A stretch of 63,765 nucleotides of DNA, filler included, from Klebsormidium nitens (lineage: Eukaryota > Plantae > Klebsormidiophyceae), in assembly GCA_000708835.1 (NCBI GenBank). It is 6 parts of 6 records of this genome, joined end to end, with 100 filler letters (N's around TTAATTAATTAA, not from the genome) between each part and the next. Parts side by side here need not be neighbours in the genome. Positions count along the whole stretch, not along the records: positions 39,600 to 47,709 come from DF238259.1; positions 47,810 to 53,558 come from DF237824.1; positions 53,659 to 61,612 come from DF237324.1; 3 more parts are not named here. One strand, 5' to 3'. Under the pieces are notes generated by a model. The model did no database searches. It was not told where the DNA came from and was given only the letters and a program-made list of their open reading frames with translations. Positions 47,256 to 57,591 of the stretch are shown here, piece by piece. Position 1 is the stretch's first letter; each line of letters begins with the position of its first letter. The position numbers and the translations under genes are program-made.

Positions 47256-48733
47256 AGGTACTGTGAGCTACCTGGTTGTCCAATCACACGTCCAAATTGG
47301 ACTAGTGGCAATTATTCTGCCTGAGTTGGAATGTCCAAACTCGTAATTATGCTGCTGATCCTATTGCAGAATCTTAGTGATTCTGCCAGTAGGCACTACT
47401 TTCCAACGTTGTTTTTCCTTTGACCTTTCAATTTGAAACTGGAAGGGATGATGCGGATCAACAATGTTGTCACCTGTCGCTGTGGGAAACTACTGTATAA
47501 CTACGTGGGTCTTATCTACTCCGAACGCAGGGGGTGGGTACTTTCCCACTGGGCTTGCCAGTTGCGGATGTCCGTTGGAGATTCCCTCCGCTGAACAACC
47601 GCCTAGTATGCTAACTGGACTCTATCACTAGCTGTTACACACAGGCTTTGAAAAATTCAAAGCTTCAATATCCAGTCAATCCTGACAGTTGTAACGATTA
47701 CGACTGGTTNNNNNNNNNNNNNNNNNNNNNNNNNNNNNNNNNNNNNNNNNNNNTTAATTAATTAANNNNNNNNNNNNNNNNNNNNNNNNNNNNNNNNNNN
47801 NNNNNNNNNTCATCTTATTCACACTCCCTTCTATTTACGATTCTTCCCTCCCAATAGTGTGCATGGGCCGCCTAAACCGCATCTCGTCCGTCGGTCGCCG
47901 GCCGAGGCGGCCGCGCACCGGTAACGATAAAGGGTCCCGTCGCATGCCCAAGCGCTACGCTTAATGCTTTGCGGGGGCCGCTCACCTCACATGGGCCGCG
48001 GGGCCATCGCGGGACCGCGCGGGTCCACGTGCCAAAGGTCGACTCATCGCGTGGCTTGACGGTACGCGATCGGCCTGAAGGCTGCAGCCTAGTTCTATAC
48101 TCGAGCCTGCCATGTCTCGTCCAGATTGTTTCAAGTTTGCGAGCAGATGCAACGACTCCATCTCCATAGTGACCAGCCTCCAAGCGTCCTGAATGGCCAC
48201 CATGGACCCACCAAGGGGACCACACATGCAGCTCTGCTCTGCACCCGTGCGGCGTGCGCCGCGGCAAGAGAGAGCCCGCCGCCCGTGAGCTGGCACGCGA
48301 CGTGCAGTATGCGTGCTGAGGCAGTCGCCCGCCTTTTAAGCGCGCACGCCCACGCGGATGTACACTCAGGCCCTCAGCCGCTGTGACCGGCAGGGTCCGC
48401 CGCCAAACCCGCGCCATGCTTGTTGGCGGTGCCCCGCGACTGAGAGAGCGCCGCTGCCTCCATAATAAGCATCCCGAAAATTGCGTTGCAACCTTTAGCG
48501 AAGATTCGGAGAACTAAGAGATTTCGCCGGAGCAGAATGGGCGGCTGTCGACCCTCAAAACCTTTAGCGGGGAGGCCTGGCCTGCGGTCTGTCCGTTCAG
48601 GCCATGTGGAGAAGTGGGCGCACGGAGTATGACTACATATGACGTAAGTCCCCACCCAATCGAACTGCTTCCCGCCCTTTCGTTTGTCTGGCCGAATAAA
48701 GGCAGGTGGCCGCTGCCAGGCGCTGGGGTCTAA

Positions 48734-51700
48734 ATGGCAGATATGGCCGAGCGGGTACCCTTTGGTGCTCGGGGATGCTACTTTCAGACCTGGAACTTGA
48801 TACAGGGACGAATCCCCGGTCCTCCTACTTTCCGCGTGCGCCTTCTGGCAGCCTTTTATCCACCAATCGTGTCACATTGGCGTCTCTCTGAATCGCCCCA
48901 AAGTTCTGGAGTTGACCTCGATGAAAAGGAAGGGATGATGCGCCAGCAAAAGGATCTCACAATCTTTAGGAAGATTCGATGGCCGACGACGACCATGTAA
49001 ACATTAAGGAGGAGATACTGCTGTGGGAAGCCCTTGTGAGTCCCACTCAGTGCCTTCTTGCTCCCAAGTTCAGCGTGCGTCTCCCATTATGTTGATTGGG
49101 GTTTTCTGTCGAGGCTTGTGGCTTCCCACAAGGTGCAGTGGAAATACTGATGCTTGATTGCTTTTGATCCTGCAGTACCATGGCAGCGGTCATGGCCATG
49201 ATATGTTTCAGCTTGGACAACAGGTTGCGCAGGAGTTTGAAGGTGGTGGGGAGCTGCTGGCCGATCTGCTGGTGAGTAGGAAAGCGGTTGCCTTGGTTTG
49301 TCGCTGCTTCTTGTATCTGGCGGCTGTCCAGCGGAATGATTTCTTGAATCGCACGACTACTGGCTTGATGGCCCCATTTCCTGGTCTGCAGCAACAAGGA
49401 GGAAATGGTGCTAGGGAGATGTCACCTCTGCTGGTGAGTAGGGAAAGGGAGAGGCTTTGCATTGATTGCTTTGATCAGTCTGAAGCTGATGGGGAGCGTA
49501 GGAAAAGGGTTGCCTTCATTGTCGTTGCTTCTTGTCTATAGGGGCTGTGCAGTGGAGCCATAATTTCATTGACTTTTATGGCAGCTGCCCTGATGGCCCC
49601 ACTTTCCTTAAGGAAGAGTGGTGCTGGGCCTCTGCTGGTGAGTAGGGAAAGGGAGAGGGTTTTCCTTGGATTGGATTCTGGGCTCTATGTACCATTTTCG
49701 GGGACCCGGGATCCGCCACAAACAGCAAAGCAACCTTGCTACAAAGCTTGGAAGCCTGATGGCCTGATTCGCTTGCAGGAGGATTGCCTGCCACCAAGCC
49801 CTAATGGAGACGAAGTCACCAGTCCTTTCAACGTGAGTACAATGCAGCTCTCAATTCCCATGGTTGGTTCAGAGTTGCTCAATGATTGGAAAGTTTGCTT
49901 CCTACGAAGAGCCAGAGCGTGGGATGATGGGAAGCTTCCTACTTGATGCAGCACAACGCTGGAGATGAGGCGGGTCAGGGTGGGGACTTTGATCTGCTGA
50001 GCCTCCTCATCGTGAGTCCTTTGGTTCTTTGGCTTGAAAGCTTGAAAGGTGCACGGGTTGCTCGCCTAGCGCCACCTCACCTAGTGCTGTGACTGTCCAG
50101 AGGTTGTTCCAACCAGGAGTTGTCTTGTGGTTTTTATGCGGTGCAGTGCGGAGCTGCACCACTACTGCAGCTGAGTGGTGTCTCTGTTTGAAACTCTGTA
50201 CAGGAAGAGGGGGCTGACACGAACCTGGAGGATACAGCTGGGATTGACAGTTCAACAACAAATCAGCAGATGTTACACGGGGTAAGTCTGTAAGCAGACT
50301 TTCTTTACATGAATGCAAGGAGGAATCAGCAGTTTCAACGAAGCTAGTCAAGGCAGATGTGCCATCTGGCAACCCGGCAGACTCTTTGTAATTCCGTGCA
50401 GGGGCAAGCGGACAATCAGAAGCGAGGCGACACAGGCTTTCATCCCATGCAAGAGCTCTTCACTGAGCAGCAGACACCAGCGTTTCCTGGCCGATTAGGG
50501 ATACCCCCCCTCACTCAGACAGGGATGTCCTTACCTTCTCCAACAGGGATGCCCTCGCCCACCAATATGGTAAGTGTGTTGACGTTATCAACTGTTGACA
50601 GTGTAAACACTGTAAGAATCTCACGCAAGAGAGGCAAGCTCGTCCTCCACATGTGACTGTGACCCTAAAGCCCTAAAACTAACCTAACCACGTGTGTGAA
50701 TGTGACGTGCAGGGTCAGGTGGACAACCCGCAACATTCATTTACAACTGCGTTCTCCAGCCCCATGCAAGGGGCATTCATTGGTCAAAGCATGCCAGCTC
50801 GCCGCCAGCTTTTCCCTCTCCAGTCGGGGATGCCCGCACCGACAGTCAGGGTAAGTCTGTTATGGCGCAGCAATGTCAAAGACACTTCATGGCTCGCCTG
50901 TGGCCTGTGTAATGTCTCAAAGGGAAACAGCTATGGCTGCTCAAGCTTCCGTTGAACGACGTGCAGGTTGAGGCGGGCAATGCGCGAAGTCCACCCCCAA
51001 CTGCGGTCTCAAGTCCCATGCCAGCTCACCGCCAGCTTTTTGCTGGGGTGTCCTCACCTGCAAACATGGTAAGCTCACAGCTGCATCCCTTGCAGCCGTG
51101 CAGGTGCTGAGCCTGTGCAAGGGCATGAGGAGAGTTGCACTTCTGCACTTCTTCGAAGTGCACCTCTTCGAAGTACTTCTTCGAAGCGCACTTTCCGTTC
51201 TCTCCTTGACTCCAGGAGTCCTCATGGGAGTCCCTCAGACTAGTAACAAAACACGTGCAGGGGCTGGGGGTCTCGTTTTCAGGCGTGCGCCAGCTTTCCT
51301 CTCCCCAGACAGTGGCACCGACTTCGATTCAAGGAGTCTACGGGCTTGCCAACAAGCCCAGCACGAGCGCCTACGGCTTTGCGCCCGCAGCCAGCGCCAG
51401 CGCCTACAGTCGTGCGCCCAGAGGTCTGCCATCACACCGGCCCGCAGCCAGCGCCAGCGCTTACAGCCATGAACCAAGAGGTCTGCCATCAAACGGGCCC
51501 GCGGCGAGCGCCAGCGCCTACAGCCATGAACCAAGAAGTCTGCCATCACACCGGCCCGCNNNNNNNNNNNNNNNNNNNNNNNNNNNNNNNNNNNNNNNNN
51601 NNNNNNNNNNNNNNNNNNNNNNNNNNNNNNNNNNNNNNNNNNNNNNNNNNNNNNNNNNNNNNNNNNNNNNNNNNNNNNNNNNNNNNNNNNNNNNNNNNNN

Positions 51701-52509
51701 NNNNNNNNNNNNNNNNNNNNNNNNNNNNNNNNNNNNNNNNNNNNNNNNNNNNNNNNNNNNNNNNNNNNNNNNNNNNNNNNNNNNNNNNNNNNNNNNNNNN
51801 NNNNNNNNNNNNNNNNNNNNNNNNNNNNNNNNNNNNNNNNNNNNNNNNNNNNNNNNNNNNNNNNNNNNNNNNNNNNNNNNNNNNNNNNNNNNNNNNNNNN
51901 NNNNNNNNNNNNNNNNNNNNNNNNNNNNNNNNNNNNNNNNNNNNNNNNNNNNNNNNNNNNNNNNNNNNNNNNNNNNNNNNNNNNNNNNNNNNNNNNNNNN
52001 NNNNNNNNNNNNNNNNNNNNNNNNNNNNNNNNNNNNNNNNNNNNNNNNNNNNNNNNNNNNNNNNNNNNNNNNNNNNNNNNNNNNNNNNNNNNNNNNNNNN
52101 NNNNNNNNNNNNNNNNNNNNNNNNNNNNNNNNNNNNNNNNNNNNNNNNNNNNNNNNNNNNNNNNNNNNNNNNNNNNNNNNNNNNNNNNNNNNNNNNNNNN
52201 NNNNNNNNNNNNNNNNNNNNNNNNNNNNNNNNNNNNNNNNNNNNNNNNNNNNNNNNNNNNNNNNNNNNNNNNNNNNNNNNNNNNNNNNNNNNNNNNNNNN
52301 NNNNNNNNNNNNNNNNNNNNNNNNNNNNNNNAGGTCTGCCATCACACCGGCCCGCAGCCAGCGCCAGCGCCTTTGCCTCAAGAAAACGCGCACGCCAGGA
52401 CTACAATGAAGAGAGAGTGATGGTTTCAGTCTTGAAGCAGTTGTCGCCCTTCGCGCCAGACAGGCAGGAAAGGTTGGTCAACCTAGTCCAATTCTTGGAG
52501 CAGTTGTAG
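48734..52509 (+). CDS. Orphan multi-exon, low-complexity protein; recognisable exons are all phase 0; terminal exon carries a 19-aa tandem repeat; start codon uncertain
   Basis: Phase-0 exons with AG/GT borders include YHGSGHG..LADLL, RNDFLNR..MSPLL, GLCSGA..GPLL, EDCLPP..PFN, HNAGDE..LLI, EEGADT..LHG, GQADNQ..TNM, GQVDNP..TVR, then TVAPTS...FLEQL*. Confidence 0.55.
51383..52375 (+). repeat. 57-bp coding tandem repeat (PAASASAYSHEPRGLPSHR), mostly hidden in the gap
   Basis: About three copies precede the N-run and a partial copy follows it (gcccgcagccagcgccagcgcctacag...ggtctgccatcacaccg). Confidence 0.9.
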
Positions 52510-52569
52510 GCGAGGTTGAGTTGTAGTGCGCCAGGATTACAGCCAGCGGGCATAGGGGGTACTTGTGCT

Positions 52570-52872
52570 GAGTTATTTGAGTTATTTGAGTTATTTGAGT
52601 TAAATGGGGTACTTCGATTTTGACCGGAGGTATTCACACATTCCACTCACGACATCGGTCTGTGTCTGTATAGAATTGTAACATAGATTTTGGATGTCAC
52701 CGTGGTGGGTTAAGGAACTTATACCCTGTCTAGCTACGGAATAGAGGTTGGCTGTTTTTGACCGGAGATACTCACACGTTCCTTATAGATTTGTAACATA
52801 GAGGTTGAATGTAAACGTGGTGGGTTAAGGAGATTATACATACTGTCTAGCTAGGGAATAGAGGTTGGCTGT
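52570..52872 (+). repeat. (GAGTTATTT)x3-4 followed by a diverged tandem duplication of about 115-135 bp
   Basis: ttttgaccggag...gtggtgggttaagga...ctgtctagcta.ggaatagaggttggctgt occurs twice. Confidence 0.75.
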
Positions 52873-53013
52873 ATAGGAGGTGTGTTAAGATCATAGATAG
52901 TGAGAGGGGCCTTAGGGCCATGTACAGTGGCCCGCTAGTTGCGCACGCACGGATTCAGCCTTTGCTCTTAGGAGGGTGATCAGCAAGCAGAGGAGCGTGG
53001 TCATTACAATTAT

Positions 53014-53558
53014 GTGCAGAGATCACAGTCGGATATGTCTCAACCACGCCTTATAAACCCCCCCAATTCAGCCATGTATGCCAAGTGTTTTGCCAAGCGG
53101 CAAAGACGTGCGTCCATTGCAAGTGCATTGGGGTTTGCAATCCCCCCTCTCATGAATTGGATGCAGGATAAAGGGATGTTCTGTGTCATCATAGGAAGCC
53201 AGGCGCTGAGACACTGGCAAGTGCAGGTGGCGCCACCTGCATCGATTCAATTGGAAGATGAGACAGAGAAAAATGCTTTTGCCCCAATTGACTGGAACAT
53301 CTGGGTACTGACATCCGATGACGATGAGGCCGCTTGGGTGTCGACCGAACTATGCACTTACTTTCAGCTTCTGCTTGAGCAGCTGCGTGCAGTCAAGGAG
53401 CTGCGGAGACACAGGCTTTACACCACTGCACAATCGCGCCATTGCGACACGCCTCTGTCCACAGAATACACCTCTGTGTACGGTGTAAACACGCGTGTGG
53501 TCGGCATCGCTCTCGAGAAGCCGACGCACAAATTCATTGATGAAGCGGCGCTGAACAG
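53014..53558 (+). CDS. Hypothetical intronless ORF, possibly Pol-beta-type nucleotidyltransferase fold, truncated by the gap
   Basis: CVIIGSQAL followed by APIDWNIWV loosely resembles the hG(G/S)...DxD signature, with N in place of the second D. Confidence 0.3.
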
Positions 53559-53807
53559 NNNNNNNNNNNNNNNNNNNNNNNNNNNNNNNNNNNNNNNNNN
53601 NNTTAATTAATTAANNNNNNNNNNNNNNNNNNNNNNNNNNNNNNNNNNNNNNNNNNNNCATCACAGATAGACAAGACCAGGTCGAGTCATCTGGATAGAA
53701 CGCCGTACATCAACGGTCTCACAGCGCGCCGTTAAGACGTAACCGCTGTCGTTTCGCTAACAAGCAGCTAACGAAATCCTGACGAGAACGAGGTTAGGCT
53801 TAACCAG

Positions 53808-54599
53808 ACGTAATCGTCACACTGGCAATATTTCGTGCGAGGCATTCGAAGGAGCTGCGGCTGCAGGCGGCGGAAACTCTGCCGTATCCAGAGCCCCTTC
53901 CGCCGCCCGCCTATCTGCCTCCGCCCTTGTCATGGCTCCTGAGCAAGAGCCCGGTTCGTGCTGACGGCTTGGCGGCCCTCTTCGCGGGCACCGCAGGCGG
54001 ACTCAGGATCGACCATAGAACCTGGAGTCTGCAATATCATCCCGACCACGTGCAGGTGAGCCAAAAACACGGATCGAATTAATGAGGAGACCTGTACAGT
54101 TTCTGAACAGAAACCCATTTAACCCTTTTGGTGAATATCTACATCTGTACAGCTTTTTTGCGCGTTTTCACTTTCGAAAACGTGATAATACGTGTGCCTG
54201 TACACTTTTGCGCAGGTCAAGAACGCAAGCGCCCTCGAGGCCTTCGAACGGCACTATGGCTACTTCATTGACGACGAGCTTAGGGGGCTCGACTCTTCGG
54301 CGCGTGCTGAGAAGGTCGTCTCTATCTACTCCACGGCGCTCTACGCACCCATCAACGAGCACCGCTTCGGGCCGGGCACCTTGGCGCAGAAGCTCGGCGG
54401 TTTTGAATGGCAGTGGTGGCTGATCGTGGAGGCCGATTTGGTGCGGGAGTATCGGAGGTATCTGGAACGATTCGATGCACATGGTGCGGCTGCCGCAGCG
54501 GCAAGCCAAGCGGTGGACGCCGTGCGGGAGCGGTGGTTCGAGAACGAGATCGATAGCAAGTTCAAGAGCTCGTTGGCATACTCGCGCAATGTCGAGTAA
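53808..54599 (+). CDS. Spliced hypothetical gene with a J-domain-like HPD motif (intron 54056-54215); start not seen
   Basis: Phase-0 splice CAG|GTGAGC...TTTTGCGCAG|GTC gives RTWSLQYHPDHVQ-VKNASALEAFERHYGY. Confidence 0.45.
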
Positions 54600-54662
54600 G
54601 GCGTTCGTTTGGCGCCAGTTTTTTGATCTTCCCCTAAGTAAGACACTGAGACCTTCGACACC

Positions 54663-55145
54663 ATGCAGGGCATCATTGACTCTCAAGCCAAGAGGTCCAA
54701 TCAAATCGAAGATTTCTACAACGGATGCCTCGACAAAGCTGTAGGCCGAATCAAACGCACATATACTGAGGAACGATGCACGAGCATGATTCTGAAGGTC
54801 GGTGAAATCGCTGGATCAAGAGCATTTCTCCCCCCATACTCAATGCGCGATCTGGTCAAGGTGGTACGCTTCGGGCTTGAAAAAGCCGGAGTTCGAGTGC
54901 ATAAATGCCGCGATCCCCACCATCTTTCCGTCGATTGGAGGGGTATCCTAAAGAAAAGCGCCCAACCGTCGGATGCTAGAGCGATTCACAGCAAACGTAA
55001 GCATGTGGCTGCGGATGGTGGGTCACACGGTTTCATCTTCGATGGGGAGGGCGGTGGAATCCCGATGCTGGATGTGCTGATGAACCCCGCAAAATGCAAA
55101 CCGGAATATCTTTGCAAGCAGAAGGCAATCGATGTGACGAGTTAG
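54663..55145 (+). CDS. Hypothetical protein resembling a small conserved giant-virus (NCLDV) family, recalled as DUF5759-like
   Basis: Pattern Y..CL.K...RIK...PPY...D....V...L.K.G..V....HLSVDW parallels that family. Recognised from memory, not searched. Confidence 0.45.
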   Translation: MQGIIDSQAKRSNQIEDFYNGCLDKAVGRIKRTYTEERCTSMILKVGEIAGSRAFLPPYSMRDLVKVVRFGLEKAGVRVHKCRDPHHLSVDWRGILKKSAQPSDARAIHSKRKHVAADGGSHGFIFDGEGGGIPMLDVLMNPAKCKPEYLCKQKAIDVTS

Positions 55146-55195
55146 CACCCATGCCCCATCCCCCGTTCGTAAGTCCGAACGATGTTCGACCGATT

Positions 55196-55825
55196 CTAAT
55201 AGCCAGATGATGAAGAATCGTAATCGTCGGTGACTGGGGGCGCTCGGCGTCGTCGTCGGAAGCCCTTAGGTTTTGGCTGCATGTTGAGCGCTTTAGGAGT
55301 CGTCATCGCTTTTGACTTCCTTCGGTTTGCTTGTGCAGTCAAAGCCTCGAATGCTTCGATCGAAAGCTTCGTAGCGCTCGTCCTATAAGACCCCTCAAAA
55401 TGCATAGCCTGAGGCCTCAGATTCTCTGGCAACGCATGGAGAGATACCTGGTATGCATACTCTTTGTGTTTGCTGGCCCTCGTTGTCTCCATCAGCAAAA
55501 CATATGCCTTGAATGGAAGGGTTGCTGACCTAGGGGCCGACACTTTGAGCAACCGATATAAAGCACTACCGGCTCTGCAACCCGCTTGTACGACGCGGCC
55601 TCGCTCTGCATCGATCTCGAGCCGCGAATTATCCAGCTTGCTGGATTGATCCGAACACTTTGCATCAAGTGCCTTCACAATCTTGAATGATCGTCGATTT
55701 CTCTTGTCTCTGAGCGGCCGATCTTCCATATCCAATGAGATCATAATAAAATGCAGCAGGGGTCGGCGTGAGAGCGGCTCCCCCTGATGCCTTTTTGGAG
55801 TCTGTCTGTGGATAACTAAAAGCAT
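55196..55825 (-). CDS. MC1-like (archaeal/giant-virus non-histone DNA-bending) protein
   Basis: RSFKIV...GRVV...LLMETTRASKHKEYAYQV parallels the viral MC1-type RSFK...GR...ETTRGSKxKxYxY pattern. Basic tail. Confidence 0.5.
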   Translation of the reverse strand: MLLVIHRQTPKRHQGEPLSRRPLLHFIMISLDMEDRPLRDKRNRRSFKIVKALDAKCSDQSSKLDNSRLEIDAERGRVVQAGCRAGSALYRLLKVSAPRSATLPFKAYVLLMETTRASKHKEYAYQVSLHALPENLRPQAMHFEGSYRTSATKLSIEAFEALTAQANRRKSKAMTTPKALNMQPKPKGFRRRRRAPPVTDDYDSSSSGY

Positions 55826-56106
55826 GCCCCGTCAAATGTCCACTCGTCAAGCGGAATGCACTATTAAATGCGAACGGCCTCCCTTGTCTTTTAGAATACT
55901 CCAATGTTTATTTACAGTAAATAGTACTGCTGATATTTTACACCCAAAGCGCTTTGATAAATTCATTGTTTTATAAGCGTCCGAACGCCTCGAAAAAGAT
56001 GCCCATAGCCCCTTGGAATAAGGCCTCGTGAAATCGGACTTCCTTACCCAGAGCGCTTGCTTCGGATTATTCTGAGAATAATATCTTACGGGAGAGTATC
56101 GTCCCC

Positions 56107-57159
56107 ATGGCAGCTAACCAGTCAGCACCAGCAACCGATGATGATGTTAAGAGAGTCATATGCGGCGAGAGTTTCTGTCATAACCTGCTAAATGACGGCA
56201 TCGCAAGGGCCTCGACGACTTGTATTCAGTACATGGCAAGCCTGACTGTGATGTATAAGCTGCTGAACAGGGGAACGGTTATGCCGCCCAACATCGAGTG
56301 GATTCGCGACGACATCGACCGCCTCATCCCCTTGCTGGAAAAAAAGTACACAAATAAGGGGACACTTTGCAATAAATATACGCCGTTGATGACCCTGTCA
56401 AAGCAGCAAGGGTGGATGGATTCGTACAACCGATACTATCGAAGCTTCTTGATCGCAAAAACAGCGCAAATCTCTCAGGCAGGATCGCAGAAAGCCACCG
56501 AAAAAGAAGAGGCCAATTGGATCGACATAGGCGAGATCAAACAGAAGATGGAAGAGCTAGGACGGCGCATCATGCGCCAAATCCTCCCCGAGTTCCGCGC
56601 GAGCCGGAGGCCGCTCGGTCAAGACGAGGTGAAGTGTGTTTTTCAACACCTCGTGCTGGCGGCAAACGTCCTCGAACCTCCCAAACGACGTGATTGGGGT
56701 AACCTTCCGATTCGGAAGCTGGACGGCACCTTCTACAATGAAGCAGCGAAGGCCCTATACGAAGAGTTTGGCAACGAACTGGTCGAGAAAGCCACCGATA
56801 CATATGTCATGGTCCTGAAGACGTTCAAAACTGCCAAAAAGTTCGGTCAGCAGGAGTTCGAGTTGCCAAAAAGGCTCTCGCACTACATTCAGCGCTCGAT
56901 CGAGCTCGTTCCCAGGGCGTACTTCGTGACACTGCTGAGCGATCTCGGCCAGCCCATGAATGATAACTATTGGACGCAATTCATTCGAGAGATTCCGTTT
57001 TCAAAGGGCCGCCACCTCACGACGAACCATCTGCGGCACGTATTCGTGACCGATAGATACAACAAAGACGCCTCCCTCTCCGATCGACAGTCCGTTGCTG
57101 GCCGAATGCTGCACTCCGTTTCGACCCAGATGCGTAGCTACGAGAGGAAGCGGAGCTAA
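56107..57159 (+). CDS. Tyrosine recombinase/integrase of the Polinton-like-virus/virophage/NCLDV type
   Basis: Catalytic set appears in order: EPPKRRD (R), FKTAKKFG (K), NHLRH (HxxR), RMLHS (H), RSY (Y). The 350-aa ORF is uninterrupted. Confidence 0.88.
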   Translation: MAANQSAPATDDDVKRVICGESFCHNLLNDGIARASTTCIQYMASLTVMYKLLNRGTVMPPNIEWIRDDIDRLIPLLEKKYTNKGTLCNKYTPLMTLSKQQGWMDSYNRYYRSFLIAKTAQISQAGSQKATEKEEANWIDIGEIKQKMEELGRRIMRQILPEFRASRRPLGQDEVKCVFQHLVLAANVLEPPKRRDWGNLPIRKLDGTFYNEAAKALYEEFGNELVEKATDTYVMVLKTFKTAKKFGQQEFELPKRLSHYIQRSIELVPRAYFVTLLSDLGQPMNDNYWTQFIREIPFSKGRHLTTNHLRHVFVTDRYNKDASLSDRQSVAGRMLHSVSTQMRSYERKRS

Positions 57160-57497
57160 GTGGCTTCAATCGACCTGTCTGATACGAACCTCATCAGGTT
57201 GTCCCCTTCCTCAAGATTTTCGAAGGATTGAGGAGTCGTAACGGGAAACCCTGCATTCAACAACCTCTCAAGCATCCGTTTTTGTGTCTTCACTCCGGTT
57301 TGATACCTCTCATATGCTTGTGCTAGAAGTATTGAATCCTTTTTTCGTGCGTAATAGCGTCTACCGGATCGTTTGTGGGCTTCGGGGTCGCGGAAGTAGT
57401 TCCTTCTGGCTGTCAGGCAATGCCTGCACTCGCAAGTGAATATCTCGTTGTCGTAAGTGTCTTTTAAAGGTTGGTCTGCGGTCGAAGACGACATCAC
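57156..57497 (-). CDS. Small basic viral-type hypothetical protein
   Basis: CECRHC followed by RRNYFRDPEAHKRSGRRYYARKK. It is packed between the recombinase (4-nt convergent overlap) and the primase. Confidence 0.45.
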   Translation of the reverse strand: MMSSSTADQPLKDTYDNEIFTCECRHCLTARRNYFRDPEAHKRSGRRYYARKKDSILLAQAYERYQTGVKTQKRMLERLLNAGFPVTTPQSFENLEEGDNLMRFVSDRSIEAT

Positions 57498-57591
57498 TAA
57501 TCTGCAGCTAGAAAATATTCCTCAGACATCGCCCGCGCCGCGTTTATTCCTCGTGAAAATTTCCTTCTTCCATTGGAGAGAGAACCTCAGC

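Noticed and set aside
47256-47709. Search for an LTR or primer-binding site upstream of gag
   Set aside because: No TG...CA boundary or tRNA-complementary PBS could be recognised before the gap.
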